Assembly: GCA_964016885.1 (NCBI GenBank)
Contig: OZ024742.1
Location: forward strand, 153,822,001 to 153,886,000
Source of the DNA: Eledone cirrhosa
Taxonomy: Eukaryota
Reading direction: 5' to 3'
DNA length: 64,000 nucleotides
A model generated the notes under the pieces. The model was not told where the DNA came from. It did no database searches and saw nothing but the letters and a program-made list of their open reading frames with translations. The position numbers were made by a program, and so were the translations under genes. Position 1 is the stretch's first letter, and every line of letters begins with the position of its first letter. Positions 28,641 through 44,722 of this stretch are shown here, piece after piece.

Positions 28641-28842
28641 ATGAAAGATTATTTCCCTGGGGATATCAAAAGCATTGTTCTGTATGGACTTTTATACTCC
28701 ACCAAATTCGACCCAGTATCCTCTACGACAATAATATAATTCAATCTCATATTCACCATCTCGATAATCATTATCATTATCATATTCATCATTATCATCC
28801 TCACCATCAACACCATCCTAATCAACATTATCGACACCACAG

Positions 28843-28876
<34 letters not shown>

Positions 28877-29301
28877 TTTTTCATATATGAAACTTTAGGA
28901 AATCTTTCACAAACTTCAAACGAAGTATCAATCTCCATTATGTTGCCACAAACAAAATCATGTTAAATAAAATATTTCTTTGAGTCACAAAACGAATTCC
29001 ATTCATACCTTTCGGTGAAACCAAGTCAAATGTTCTTTTTCTTTACATAATATTCTATTTAAATTGGTGCAGCTCCAGGCACACATACCTCATACAATAT
29101 ATTCTCAAATGAAACGTCCCAAAAAATACAAATGTTCCATATTTAAAAGGTTTTATTGCACTGATTTTCTTTCAGGCTAGTTATTTCCTTTCAAGTAAAA
29201 TATCATACAGCAGGCTATATCCTATACCAACTTACATACATACATTCCATTCACATACACACGCTCACACACACATACACACACATATATACATGTATAT
29301 A

Positions 29302-29350
<49 letters not shown>

Positions 29351-29417
29351 ACGCAGGCATACGCTGAGACAGTCGTACATACAAAATGTGTGTGCGTACA
29401 ATTTATATGTATATATG

Positions 29418-29776
<359 letters not shown>

Positions 29777-30179
29777 GTCTCAATGGTTTTATATATATAT
29801 ATATATATATATGAATAAAAGCCTTTTGTACGTATATGGCATGTTTATAAAAACGAAAAGTGAATCGGAAGTGTTTCAACATATGGATTTTCATTGTTCC
29901 TCCTTTAAACAGATTTATACACCAATGTATTATCTCGCATAGCGATACTGTATGATGTTAGGTTAAAAGCTATCGTCTGTGGCGTGTTTTTAGTTGTCTC
30001 TTTATTTTCTAGTCTACTAACTATTTTTACGCAATATCCTCCAAAATACAAATATCAACTTCAATACAATCGTGTTTTATTCACGTCTTTCATGCTTTTG
30101 AAGATATCGCTGTCTTTCTGTTTCGATATATCCAAGAAGAACGTTATGACATTTATCGATATTCTCTTTTTATATATAC

Positions 30180-30700
30180 CTTTATTTCTACATTGAGTAT
30201 CTCGGTTTAACGTGTCGATACCACTTCAACAGTTCATACGCTGTTACCGTATTTGAAGTCTGCTCGTATCGTGTGTAGTTAACTTTTAAAAGAGCAGAGA
30301 TGAATCCTGACACGTTATAGAAATATTGCGGAGATATGTATACTATGTACTCATCAACCTTACTGTACCGTTTACTTCGATGAGAGAGGCAGTTCCAGAA
30401 ATATAACTATCTTTAGATCAAGGACATATCCCGTTTTAGATAATAGTGTTTGATTTGTGGATGACAGTGTCTCAACGTTAATCGCCCCTTTATATAGTAT
30501 TGTGTCAAAATCTAATTTGATTGGCAGTTTAATACTGCCACTTAACTTCTTACCCTGCTCATATTGTAAGTGTGCAATACACTATCATATGTTGATTTAA
30601 TAAATTTGTTTTTCTGAATTTGCTCGAGCAAATTGAGTGTAAGCTTTAGTATAATCATGTCAACTATTTCAGGGTTGTTACCTCGTGAGATTGTATTATG
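30180..30700 (-). pseudogene. Possible decayed piggyBac transposase remnant
   Basis: Minus-strand fragments YCTLTI*AG, GTVRLM and NC*SGIDTL in the order of piggyBac IYxGK / GTVRxNR / YNxxKGGVD motifs. Confidence 0.35.
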
Positions 30701-31419
30701 CGTTCTTCAATTACATCTAGCAATCCTAAATTTAAGGAGTCGAATATCGCCTATAAAATTGGAATTAAATTTATCTTATTGAATATTGAAGAGCTGAGTG
30801 AGCTATCTAAATAATAAACGTTACTTATCTTGGTAGTGTAACATTTCAGGAAATAGATTGCTCTAGGATACATAGGTTAAATAATATCGACCCCAGCTAA
30901 AAAGACGCATCCACGCGGTGGTTTGAAATATAAGACATGGTAGTTAAATATATCTGAAACACAACTCTTATGTTACGAAACGAGAGCAGATATATGTAGC
31001 TCGATAAACATTATAACTTAAACGAAGGGACAATGATTACAGATGTGTCCATCAGTTCCATTCAGTAAGATTGTTAAAATAGTAGACAGGTAACAACCTC
31101 CACCACAACAATAAAACGATTTCATGTCAAAGATTTACATTTAAATAAATTATTCTTTCGTACTAACTTCATCTGGCTATATTTATATTTCATTGTAATT
31201 TTACAATACATTATGTAGTAATTTGTGATATTAATGCTATAATTGTAGTATTATAATTACAAAAATAATTGTATTCTGTAATTGGGCATTGCGTCACTTT
31301 TGAAATTGCATCTACCATTAATTTTATTTCAATAATTTTTGACAAATCTATGAGCTCATCTTAAAATATAACAATATATCTTCTTTATGTATCAATATAT
31401 CAGTGTATAAAACTAGAGT

Positions 31420-32340
31420 AGCAGTATAAAAGGGAGCCGCAGTGCAGTCTCAAAGCCTGCCTTAAGTATAATTTAATTCTCAACGAGACGTCATATAAAA
31501 CTACGGTTTAATCAGGTATTAAGAACTGACGCAGGCTCTGGCCTACTGGACTTGCGAAAGCCTGTCCGATCTCCAATATACAAATGTCCAACGTGAATAG
31601 GACAACTTCATGTGAAAGCCTTCCTTCAGACGGATAGAATCTGGCTTGCGCCAACACCTTCACAACTACGACCGATCCTCTTTGTAACCAAACAACGGTG
31701 TGTGGCTCAATTCGGTGCGCTCCTCATCAACCGGTACTCTTCCTGGTGACGGGTGCACTCGCATGGGAGTGGTCAAACGCCGCGGTCTCTGCATGTGTGA
31801 ACGAAATAAATGCTGTCGCGGGACTGTCGTAGAAGAGTCTCCCCTGCACCAACTGAACGCAAGCCGTTTGCCTCGACATGCCGCTCTCAACGACATTTTC
31901 AGACGAACCCTGCATGCGGCTGGCTCCTCCATCACAACTGGAGCCAGCAGGTTAGGACCGGGGAGACGGCAAGCGCCCCGAGGGAATTATTTCCACTGTA
32001 AAGAGGTAAATCCCTCATCTGGATCCCACAGTATGTGACACGTTCCCTGACTAGAACATAGTAGCTTCGGTCACAAAACCCGGTACTGTAGCCTGCAATG
32101 TAAAGGGCAGGAAGACAAGAAAATAGCAGGGATTGGCCGGCCGCTTCCTCTTTGCACCACTTGCTGTCCATATCTCAGGCGTCCTCAGACCCGTACAGCC
32201 GAGCTCCACAATAATCTCGGAACGACAGCAGATCGTCTGAAGAAGAAGCCTTGCAATGTAGGGCGGCTGTTTCAGCAGGTGTCATTGCTCGCCGAAATGG
32301 CTTTGCAAATTTGTCCGCCGTTCGCAGCTGAAACACCGCG
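31420..32340 (+). pseudogene. 3' remnant of a CRE-like non-LTR retrotransposon (zinc knuckle + restriction-like endonuclease)
   Basis: GVWLNSVRSSSTGTL, RLPRHAALNDIFRRTL, EPAG*DRGDGKRPEG; locally higher GC. Confidence 0.72.
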
Positions 32341-32575
32341 CAACCCTAGGCATTGAACCTGTTCCTCTTTCTCTCTTTTTCCGTGGTCAGGTAGTCATTG
32401 CTCCCTCCCTCTTCGTCTACTTTATGGCATTTATAGTCATTTAATACTTTCCTATACAACCAGATCTTCTCTTCTTTATTCCTTCTTCCCTTTTTCATTA
32501 CTTTATTTTGTTTTCACCTTTTGTTTTTAATTCTTCGAACATTGTAGAACTTGTGTTTGTAAGTTATAGTAGACA

Positions 32576-33416
32576 TAATTGTTTCTACTTTAGGCACAAG
32601 GCCAGCAAATTACCCAGTATATTACTGGTACTTTATTTTATCGACCCCGTAAGGATGAAAGGCAAAGTTAACCTCGGCGACATAATATGTTTATATATAA
32701 CAGGTAACAAAATTTATTTAGCCTTGATAAAATGAATCTAAAAAAAATAGACCTGTTGCGTGCATAACATATTTTCTGTGAATGGAATTTCGTCTGCAAT
32801 ACCCCATTCTCCCACTCACTCTTATATATATCATTTCACTTTCTTTGTGTGTATGCATGCATATGATAAAATGTACGCACAAACATAAATACGCAATAAA
32901 ACAAAAACACGCATACAGACATAAACGCACTCATGCACACACTCGCATATATATATGCATGTATGTATATGTATGTATGTGTATGGATAGACGTTAGAAG
33001 GTCGGATATAATAATTTACGCTGTTAGTCTCGGCTTTTTGCTCTCTCAGTTCAAATCCCGCCGAGCTCTGCATTGCATTTTATCCGTTCGAGGTCGAAAG
33101 AAATGCACCATTCAAGTAGTGGAGTCGCATCTTCTATATATCTTTCTCACTACCATTTTCTCACTCTATAGCCTGCACAGGAAGAGATATGCTGTATTAA
33201 AACGGGTAGATGGGCTCCATCAAGTTTTAAAAAAGCTCTAGAAACGGTGTAGGTCAATACCGTGCCCCTACTATTTCTCTTCCAGGAGTTATGGGTCCAT
33301 TCATGCATTTGTATGTATGTGTGCATGTGCGTGTGTGTCTGTATGTGTTAGTGTTTAATTTGATGTTTTATTAAGTTATTATTACTAGTAGTACTACTGT
33401 TACTTCTACTGCAAAG

Positions 33417-33493
<77 letters not shown>

Positions 33494-33900
33494 TACTACT
33501 AACTATAATCATTGTTTCTACGTTTGGCACAAGGCAATTATCCAGTACGTTACTGGTACTTTATTTTATCGACCGCGTAAGGATGAAAGGCAAAGTTAAC
33601 CTCGACAGGATTGGAAGTCAGACCGTAAAGGGACGTAACAATGGCAGAAAGCATGGCGTCCAACTCTCTACCGATCTATAATAATAATTGTTTCTAGCTT
33701 AGGCAAAAGACCAACAATTTGAGGAGGTGGGGAAAGTCGATTAAATCGAACCCAGTGCGTTACTGGTACTTTACTTTATCGACCCCGTAACGATGAAAGG
33801 CAAAGCTAACACCAGCGGGATTTAAAATGAGAATAAAAAAGGCGGTAACTCTATTCCAGGAAGCATGGTATCCAACGCTCTACCGTTCCTGCAAATAATA
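32576..33900. mobile_element. Cluster of SINE copies (32576-32680 -, about 33010-33125 +, 33507-33680 -, 33681-33900 -)
   Basis: Repeated tactggtactttattttatcgaccccgtaaggatgaaaggcaaag core. Confidence 0.8.
33418..33503. repeat. (CTA)n microsatellite
   Basis: Seen directly. Confidence 0.95.
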
Positions 33901-34949
33901 CTAATATTAATATAAACAACAACAGCCACACATTCAATGTTGAATCGAAAGAAAATTTACATCATTTTTTTCTGAATTATATGCCCCTCACATAATCCAC
34001 GACGATTCGATATTGGGCGTTTGACAATCCTGTTAGAGAATCGTAGTCTGATGGTTTTTAGCTCAATACAGCAGGTTGTTACGTTGCGAGAATCGACATC
34101 GAAATATTACCCGGAAGTGTGTGTGTGGCTAAGGGGAGTTAATGCATGAGGGGAGGTAACTCAGTGGTTTCTATTACTAACTATTAAATTGTGTCTCAAA
34201 ATAGTCCCTAACTTATATGGTTATATGCAGTTTCTAAAAATTTAAAGTGTTTTAACTATAATGTAGTCTATTAAGCTGTACTGAAGGTGTTCCTATTATG
34301 GTGGTTATCCTCCATCATAGAGTGCCACAATTGAATATTATACACGACGAGCGAGATTTCTAAACTAATGATCATTGTGATTGTAGTCTACTCATAGAAC
34401 CTGGTAGGGTGATTATAGAATCACTTCAACATATAATGATCCCTGGTAAGTTCCGTGTCAGTGCATGCTATATTGGATGTCGAAAGATAACCATCACTAG
34501 GGTAGACCAGAGGTCAGTCTACACTCCTCATGTCACTAATCTGACCATCAATTCATACATATATGTACAACCCATATGCCACTTGCAGTACATTCTCTGC
34601 ACTCAGCATACCGGTCATACAGCTCATCAACGTTACTAGAGTAATTTGTCTTCCATTTATCCAACGATGGTACTTCTCCCGCATAGCACCAGCAATACAA
34701 TCAATTCAATGCTTACATTTTACATTAACTATAAAGTGTTGTAGTGCAGTTCAAGCAACTCGATGTATTCACACCTAAAGTAGAAGTACAAAGGGTTATT
34801 CCTACTGTGAAGGGTTCTAGAGGGATGTCCCGATTAGTGTTATGTTAGATCAATGAGTGTGTGGATGTGGTATAAGGTGTGCTCTTGGTGTTAGATGCTA
34901 GAGGTGGTGTCTGGTTCAAGTTCGACATTGCTATATATTGGGCTTAAAG

Positions 34950-35825
34950 TTTTGGTAGGAATGTCTGAAGCGGTGCTGGTAAGTTGCGAACACCTCAGAT
35001 TTTTTGTTAAGTAGGTTACGGTTAGAGAAGATAATAGTGTGGGTCTCTAGTATACAGAGGTTACACAATTTATTAGGTGGTTTGTACGAAGTCGCGCTAC
35101 CTATCACTTCCCATTTGAGTGTGTAAGGTTTATTTTTAGTTTTTAGATAGTGTATGTAGCTAGATAGTGAGGTGGAGCTGGCTAGACTGAGCTTTTTGAA
35201 CGAGTGGATGTGCGAATTATACCTGGTTTTGAATCAGTTAGAAGTGGAGCCTACATAGGTTTCTGAAGAGTTGCTAGCAGTGGCGGTGCATGAGTATATG
35301 ATATCCTTGATTAGGCATTTTTTATCTAAAGGGCTGGTTCTATTTGCTCTACAGTTACAATTATTCTGGGTGATAGTCTGCTGGTTATAAAGCTGTGCAG
35401 TGGTCCGGGTGGTAGCTATAGGATTTTGGACTTCGGGTTGTCGTCCCCGGTGTTATTGCTTATACTATTGTTATTTCTATTATTACTGCAGTTACCAGGG
35501 TTGCATGCTACAGAGGTATTTTGAAGGTTTACCCCCTGTTGCGATTTCGTTTGTTGGAAGCAAGAATTATTTTTTCTTTTATTGCTACTAGCTATGTGGT
35601 ATGCTATGTTAGGCGTCGTAGAGTATGAGATTTTAATAGTGTTTTTGTTTAAAAGGTTATGGTACTTGTGTCCTAGAGGGACGTTTTTATCTATTAGTGA
35701 GAAGAAAGCCCTAGGTATGTTGGTGGAGACATTTAGGTTGAAAGGAGGGTTGAAAAATGTATTATTTCTTCGTCTATTTTTGTTTTTAGTGTCTGGTGTG
35801 TTGTTTCCTCCTACGGTACTACGGT
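34950..35825 (-). pseudogene. Hydra-type PLE 3' fragment (linker + GIY-YIG)
   Basis: FFNPPFNLNVSTN, HKYHNLLNKNTIKISYS, CNCRANR, ETYVGSTSN*FKTRYNSH; homologous to the C-terminus of ORF 4492-6708. Confidence 0.82.
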
Positions 35826-36193
35826 AGATTCTGTGTTAATGGTTGCTTCTATTACACGTAACTCTCTGCCACACTATATAAACAAGACGCACGTGCTTGC
35901 CACACGTATAACTATTGCACTCTATAACCGCTTAATTTCATGTTGTATTTAACCTGTAATTTTGATTGTATCTTTTAATATGAATGTAATCTCTAAATGT
36001 GTTCTGCCACACTAAATGCTGTGATGGATGTTGACCCACAATGTTTGCATGTGTATATGTATGTCTCTTGGTTGAAAAGGAGGTCATATAAGTGTTCATT
36101 CAATAATAAACTGTTCCGAAGAATCCAAACCTCGGTTTGGAGGAAACAGTTGTAAGCATAAAAATGTTTTGAACAGTTCTTTGATTCTTATAA

Positions 36194-36269
<76 letters not shown>

Positions 36270-36404
36270 CATAATGGATATTCTATTTGTTGGTAATTCA
36301 ACAAATATAAATGTTTATAACTGATTCAGAGCACACAATTTTTTTCTGGAGTATAATATTCAATGATATTTAATAAATGGAATCTATATTTATAAGACCA
36401 TATT

Positions 36405-36465
36405 TATTATATTATATATATTTCAAGGGTACCAAAACTTTGGTACGCTTTCATCAGATAAAATA
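36405..36465 (-). ncRNA. Hammerhead ribozyme in inverted pLTR
   Basis: tattttat-CUGAUGA-AAG-cgtaccaa agtt ttggtac-cCUU-GAAA-UAUAUAUA. Confidence 0.75.
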
Positions 36466-36707
36466 CAAAGTTTGTTTTATAAATTTTTACATAACCAAGA
36501 AAAGATACCTTAACGGTTCAAGTTTTCCTTGGATAGTGAAGGGACAAGAGAAGAAAAGTCAGATATTTCAAATTATTAAGATGAGTATGCAAATTAGGTT
36601 GAGGTATAGGGCTGAAAAAACATTATTTTAGACGCTATGCAGAATGTAAATAATTAGGATATATCTATGAGTATGAAGAAGAAAAACATTTTTTTGATTG
36701 TAAAATA

Positions 36708-39037
36708 ATGGAATTCTTTAGGATTTCTTCTTCTCTAAAAGATGTACCCTTACCTAAAAATAAGGAATATCTAAAACAACTCATAGAGAAATCTGACTCC
36801 TTTATACGAAGACTTAGATGGCGTGCTTTCCATTTTGATAAAAGATCGGGGGACAAAATAAATAAATCCTGTTACAACTTCGATCTTATCTTCAAATCTA
36901 AGAACAATCCGCCTAGAAACAAACTACTAGCCGAATTTGAAAATGAAGTAATCTCTATTATACAAAACATTAAATTCAAATGAAACCAATTTTTCGGCCA
37001 GGAGTACCTTAAAGGCCTCAAGAATAAAATAGACAATATAGAAAAAACAAAGAGGATCCTGGTAAAATCTGACAAAACTAATAATTTATATGGTATGGAA
37101 AAGGACGAATATAATAACCTTATATTGAAAGAACTCATGAAAAACTACAAAATAACAACAAATGAAAATCTTTCAACGTTAAATAGCGAAGCTTCGGAAA
37201 TTATCAAATAAATTAGGCATCCAAAATAGGACCTAACCTTTTATACCCAGAAAACCGAAGATTAACCTGAAGGACCACAAAATAAATTTGGAAATTGAAC
37301 TACTAGTCATACACATCGCACCATCTAAATCGGACTTAGGAATAATTAGCAAGCATATATTAGATAGGATTATACCACTACTTAACGAAAAATTACACCT
37401 TAAAGTTTAGAACGGTACTAATGAAGTTATAGATTGCTTTAATAACATAAAATTAAAACATAACAAAACATTTATTCAAATGGATATTGCAAATTACTAC
37501 TCCTCTATTACCCCTAGCTTACTTAATAAGGTACTTATGTACGCGTCTAAACATGGAGACCTGTCTAGTGAAGAAATGAATATAATTCTATCAGCACCTA
37601 AAACACTAATAGAGTTTAATAATCATCTCTGGACAAGAGCCGGCAGAAAAAACAATTTTGATATCACAATGGGATCATCTGACTCGGTTCAAGTAACCTC
37701 GTTGGATTATTTACGTTGCCTTTCATCCTTACGGGGTCGATAAAATAAAGTACCAGTAATGTATTGGGCAATTGCTGGCCTTGTGCCAAAAGTAGAAACA
37801 ATTATTTATTAATAATGTACCGCATAGGAAAATGCCAGAGATGACCGGATGTTTATATCGCGACGATATGTTACTTTTAATTGAAAACCATAGCAATAGT
37901 GAAATTAATAGGAAAAGGAAATCCATAATACAATTTTCCAACAACTACAACCTTAATTTAGAAATCGAGAATAATTACAAAATCGTTAACTTCTTAGATG
38001 TAACCTAAAACCTGCGCACTGGCCTTTACCATAAAATTAACGAAAATCAAAATTACGTATGTTTCCATTCTAATCATCCTAGAAATATTAAAAACACTAT
38101 TGTCAATAGCGTCCAACAACGGATTTCACGCATCTCTGATAATAAAAATATTTTTGATGATAAGACAGAATGTTACAATGAAGTTTTACATAGAGCAGGA
38201 TACTCGAATAAAATTAAATACATAGATAACAATAACATGACAAATCATCCTAGAATGAATTATAATAATAATTAACAATTTAACCTAAACACTAAACCAA
38301 ACAAAAAAAAACTATAACTAGATATATTATTTGGTACTCCCCCGCATTCTCATTAAGCGTAAAAATACCTTTAGCAAAGCTATTTTTTAAAGCACTAGAT
38401 ACATGTTTTGCTAAAGCCCACAAATACCACTCTATTTTTAACAGATACACTATAAAACTATTCCATTCTACTACTATGAACATAGCACAAAATATAAATA
38501 GAATTAATAATAGAAACTTAAATTAAACCCTAACCAAACTAACCAAGATAGCAATATATCTAACAACAATATTAAATAATAGTACCGTTCCGAACAACTC
38601 CAGAAATGTAATTGTAGAATTATATGAAAATGCCCTTTAAAAGATAATTGCTTAGACAAAAACGTAATTTATAAATGCACAGTTAAAACTAGAGACAAAG
38701 TATTTAACTATATTGGTGACACTTCTACAAAATTGAAAGCATGCTGGTATAACCATAAACACATATTTAATACATCCGAGAAAAAATATACCACTTCACT
38801 TTCACATTTAATTTTCGAACATAAAAGACAATAATATAGACTATTCAACATCTTGGGGAACGATTTCGAAAGCACCTGCATACCGAAATATGGCTTTCTC
38901 AAGATTCTGTAACTTGTGTATCGAAGATATCTGTTATATAATTAACTGCCAAAACTCTATTAATCTTAAAACATAATTATGTTCTACTTGCAGGTATCGC
39001 CAACATTCCACTTTCAGAAGTATGTTTAATTTATGAT
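36708..39037 (+). pseudogene. PLE RT + GIY-YIG pseudogene
   Basis: MEFFRISSSLKDVPLP, MDIANYY, ITMGSSDS, LYRDDML, YIGDTS; several stops and frameshifts plus a SINE insertion. Confidence 0.9.
37714..37800 (+). mobile_element. 5'-truncated SINE inserted in the PLE RT
   Basis: SINE core; TSD attattta at 37706-37713 and 37801-37808; splits the region between RT motifs B' and C. Confidence 0.85.
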
Positions 39038-40314
39038 ATTCATTACACTTGACTATATGGTATACACCTTCAAAATGATCCTATTCTTTTTAAATTTAAA
39101 TTTAAATTTTTTTAAATGATCTTCCTTCTTAATTTCTTTAATATTTCTATTATTTTTACCATTTGACATAAATTTTTTTATTTTCTATTATATATTTGTT
39201 TTACTAGTTTTACCTTTTGACATTATTTTCCTAATGATACCCCTCTAAATAAATTTTTTTAGATGTAGATTGATAATCTTTAATTGACATTCTGAAAGTT
39301 TATCCTCTTTACGATAGTTCTTCGAAATGCACATTACTTTTCTTCCTCTTCTTTTGATCTTCAAACTTTCACACATCTTTCGACTAAAATAATATATAAT
39401 TGAAATTAATCTCACACAAAATAATATATATTTTCTCAATATATTTTCTGATTAAATCATTCATCAAATTTAACAGTTAACAAACACAATTGGAGTTATC
39501 TTTCCCTTTTCAATCGTGCAAACATAATATAATATGTAGTATAAACTATATATCTTCAGTAAATTAACAATATTCTGAAAATATGTTCAATGTTGGAACA
39601 AGATATTTGAATCTACAAATTGTTCTCCTCTTACGACTTGAACTATGTATTATTTAATGTAAAATGCGAAATCAACATCCTTCGTAACTCATATTAGAAA
39701 TATAAACAACTAATAATTGTAAATTATTTCTATTTCTATAATACTTATACATGCACAATTATTAATCTATATAGATATTTATATACTCATAACCTATTGT
39801 AATGTAATAAGATAAAATCTACTTTCCACCATAATTCTTCATATAATCTAATTAATTATATATACAATATTATAACTCATAATATAGCTAAATAAATTTA
39901 AACTCTGGAATCATAATCTACCATTCCCGCAAATTGTTAATTCCTTTTAAATTAACGTAAATACAAGCTCTTCTTTCTTTTTTTATCTTCTTCCTACTCA
40001 TACATATATTCCAATTATTTTAATTCTGAATAGCGTCTAAAATAACGGTTTTTTTTTAGCCATATACCTCAGCCTCATTTGTATACTCATCTTAATAATT
40101 TGAACTATCTGACTTTTCTTCTCTTGTCCCTTCACTATCCAAGAAAAACTTTAACAGTTAAGGTAGCTTTTCTTGGTTATGTCAAAATTTATAAAACAAA
40201 TTTTGTATTTTATTTAATGAAAGCGAATCAATATAGATAATAGAATAAATATGGTTTTATAAATATAGTTACCATTTATTAAATATCATTGTATATATAA
40301 ATATATATATATAC

Positions 40315-40428
<114 letters not shown>

Positions 40429-40553
40429 TAGAAATTAAAAATTATAATTTCTCTAGTCTAAAATACAGTGAAAGCTTATAATTTCTAATTTCTAATTTCA
40501 AACTCTCGCACCGTTTCAAAAACATACTTACATGTTTACGTTTATAATTTGCT

Positions 40554-40601
<48 letters not shown>

Positions 40602-41294
40602 AATATATAATTGAAAATGATATTAAATCCTGATGGTGATCATGAAAATTCTATATGTATATGTGTATGATTTTGTGAATGTGTTTATAGTTGATGGATA
40701 TAATAAATATTCATTTACAAATGTTTCTGCATACGCATTTATGAGCATCTGTATATTTACATGTCATACAACCAAAATGTTGATATTAAGTACAGAAATG
40801 GTACCACGACAACTAATATCTACAAATAAGTGCCGCAAACATCTTACTTGAAACATTGTCGAACATATTTCCATGATGGAGAATAACCATGTGAAGATCA
40901 AAACTTTGTTATTGACAAAACTTAAATAGTTGTATTGATTGTGACACGTAGCTTTGTATATAAAACCTGTCAGAAATGGACAGAATCCTATTCAATACTT
41001 CGAAAACGTGTTCTTCACATTCGTGTAAGACATGAAATTGTTGTTGATCTCACCATAATCTAGTCTCATGTAGATTAATACATGCATACACACAAACGCA
41101 TACTAATACATAAATACAAAAACACTAACTAACTTGTAATCAAAAACACACATAGACGCAACATTCACATAAAAACAAACATACTAGCACACACGGCCAC
41201 ATACATGTAAGTTCGTATGAAAATGTTTGTAAATGTATAATGTTAAAGTATCTAATGTATGTAGAGCGTAAGTGAGATAGAGTGTGTAAGAGAG

Positions 41295-41346
<52 letters not shown>

Positions 41347-41368
41347 GTATGCATGTATATATATATAC

Positions 41369-41428
<60 letters not shown>

Positions 41429-41470
41429 ATATATATATGTATATATATATATATATATATACATAATATA

Positions 41471-41542
<72 letters not shown>

Positions 41543-42217
41543 GCATACATATATGTATGTATTCGCTTATATATATGTGCGAATATCTGTGTATTTATAC
41601 GAATATGCAGACATTAGGATGCAGCCATATTATAAAGACTTTTGTTTAACAATAATTTAATATTTCATAAATTGATTAAACATACGTTATCACCAAAACA
41701 TAGACATATATATAAATATATTTATGTATATGCATATATCTATACATCTGTCTTTGCCACTGACACACACATACACACACACGCGCACACACACACACAC
41801 GCGCTGACACACACACACACGCGCGCGCGCGCACACACACTCTCTCTCTTCCTGTATATATATATGTATATCTATGTTTGCGTGTATGTCAGCAAATATG
41901 TATGTAAATCCCGATGCCAGTCTAGCCACATTTTTATATAAATTACACTAACTTAATCAAGAATCCCGTGCTATTTTACTTCTGCCGTATCGTTATATGA
42001 AATGCATAAATTGTCTTACAACTTCTCATACAATTAGACATACAAGTAACTTTCCAGAAACGTGCCATTCACCATTTCAGACAAGATGTGGTTACTTTTC
42101 CATCACACCGACACAAAACTTCTTTCTAGTTTGTAATATACTCTCTTACTCTTTTCAACAACCTCTCTCTCTCACTCTTTATATATATACATTTATCTAC
42201 TTTACCCTAGTGTTCTT

Positions 42218-42357
<140 letters not shown>

Positions 42358-42835
42358 TAAATTTCACCCCCTGTATTTATCATTGCACTCGCATTATTTG
42401 GGATCGATTAAACTTTATATATTCAGTTGCATGCTTAAGCAATAGAAATTTCAAACTGATTTGACTTATTATTGTCTCCAAAACTATATTCGACGTGAAG
42501 ACATTGATTTATTGGTTGAACGCAAAGGATTATAAATAGAATACCTACCAGCAATTGCAACCTAGATCTCTTTAATATGTTTCTCTTTAATAAAGTGTAT
42601 GAAGACTCCAAGCCACAATATTCTTATTAAAATACATACATATGCTCATATATCCTCACAGATACATATACGCACTTACACGTACACAAAAACACGACCA
42701 ACCAACCCTATATTTCCGGTATCTTATCAAGTCTGTCATGCAACCAGGGCTCACTATTATGGAATCTTAGCATAACATCATGCAGGATATTGCCCCAGGT
42801 GTGTCTGACAAGGCAGATAGCTGCACCCCTCCCCT

Positions 42836-42946
<111 letters not shown>

Positions 42947-43805
42947 TATAGATAGAGAGCGGGCGAGAGAGAAAGAGAGAGTGAGAGTGGAACATCGGCT
43001 CACAAATAATTTGTCCGAACAGTAAACGTTTCAGCTTGCGCATGATCTCTGGAGTTAGGAACACGCGAGCCTGTAACGACGTTAGGCAACAAGCTTAGTA
43101 GTCTTTCACATACAGTCTCACTGTATTTATTACTCGAAATTTCGTATGGAAAAAAATATTTTCCGTTTACGAAATTTTAGGTGAAGTAGCGATTTTAGTT
43201 CGTGAACCGAGTTTCCAATATAACCTTAACTATTGAGTATACTTAGATACAACCGGTGCTGGCAAGGGAAACCTTATGTTATTCACGTCAGCTTATTATA
43301 TATATAAATATTCGTTTTGGAAGCATCAACAATGCTGATGGGTAAATCTCCGGGTAACAGAAAGAGGTGGTAATGAGAGAGAGATGTAGAGGAAGTGTAG
43401 AAAGAGACGTAGGGAGCGTAAAGGAACGTAGGAAAAGTGTAAAAAATAATAAGAGGATATAGAGTTACCTAGGAAGTGATTTAATACTCCCTATATTTCG
43501 GATTTCACAGCCATCAACTGTGGGTTTTCCGAGGGAAAACTATTGTGGCGGAGAAGGATGACACGTGGCCCTCGCTGTTTACCGTGTGCGTTCACCTGAA
43601 ATATTCTATGAGGCGCGTGCGCGCGCGGAATTGTTGCAGTCATATAAAGTTCGAAGTATTTCTTCTATACTAGAGTAGTGGGGTGGTGGTGGTGGCTCAC
43701 TGTGTACGCTTCATCGCTGTCAAAATGTTGCGTTCTGTCTGTGGTAGTGGGCTCATTGACAGGCATGGTGATAGTAGTCTGCGTGCAACCTTCAACAATT
43801 TCTAA

Positions 43806-44560
43806 TATATATATATATTTAGGTTTGTTGGTTCAACACTGGGTAGAACTGGTCATGCCGTATGGTCAACCTCGATATAAAATTATGGGGAACACTCGAC
43901 GTAATGCAACTCACCCGTCTTCGTTTGTGTTGTTGGTGGTGCGAATACGGAGTTAATTATTATAAAATTACAGGAGGCTGGACTGGTGTAATTCCTTAAA
44001 AAGGTTTATTATACTATGATCATTCAGTGACCGGGTTCAGTATGAATCCGGTGACATCATCAGATATATACATGTGGGTGTATATATATATATATAACGT
44101 TTGTTATATATGTGTATATATATATAACGTTTGTTATATATGTGTATACATATATATATATAACGTTTGTTATAGCTCTGGTTCTTCTGAATCATTGAGC
44201 ACTTGCCGCACATCTCGGAGGTCGTTTTTCGTTATTTCGTGGGCCGAAATGCGAATCTCGATAATTTATGTTTGTATATATATATATATATATTTACTTA
44301 GGTTTGTTGGTTCACCACTGGGTAGAACTGGTCATTCTGTATGGTCAACTTTGATGTAATATTATGAGGAGCACTCAACGTAATGCAACTCACCCGTCTT
44401 CGTTTGTGTAGTTGGTGGTGCGAGTACGGAGTTAATTATTATAATTTGTTATATTTCGAATACCTGATTATATCACCGGATTTATACTGAAACCGGTCAT
44501 TGAAATGATCATAGTATAATAAACTGTTTAAGGAATTACACCAGCCCCCAGCCTCTTGTT
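43806..44560. mobile_element. Non-coding pLTR-like composite with direct and inverted repeats and a degenerate HHR (44460-44517)
   Basis: About 43817-43964 resembles 44298-44444; 43973-44063 inverted at 44464-44555; atac-CUGAU(U/G)A..accgg/ccggt..GAAA-UGAUCA-UA^gtat. Confidence 0.65.
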
Positions 44561-44563
44561 ATT

Positions 44564-44722
<159 letters not shown>

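Larger units (their letters stand above)
36268..40292 (+). mobile_element. Degraded full-length relative of the 3854-8245 PLE with inverted pLTR termini
   Basis: Broken ORF 36708-39037; 36361-36635 inverted at 40012-40291; (TA)n on both sides. Confidence 0.9.

Noticed and set aside
28649-28876. Poly-Met ORF
   Set aside because: It is the reverse-strand translation of a (CAT)n microsatellite
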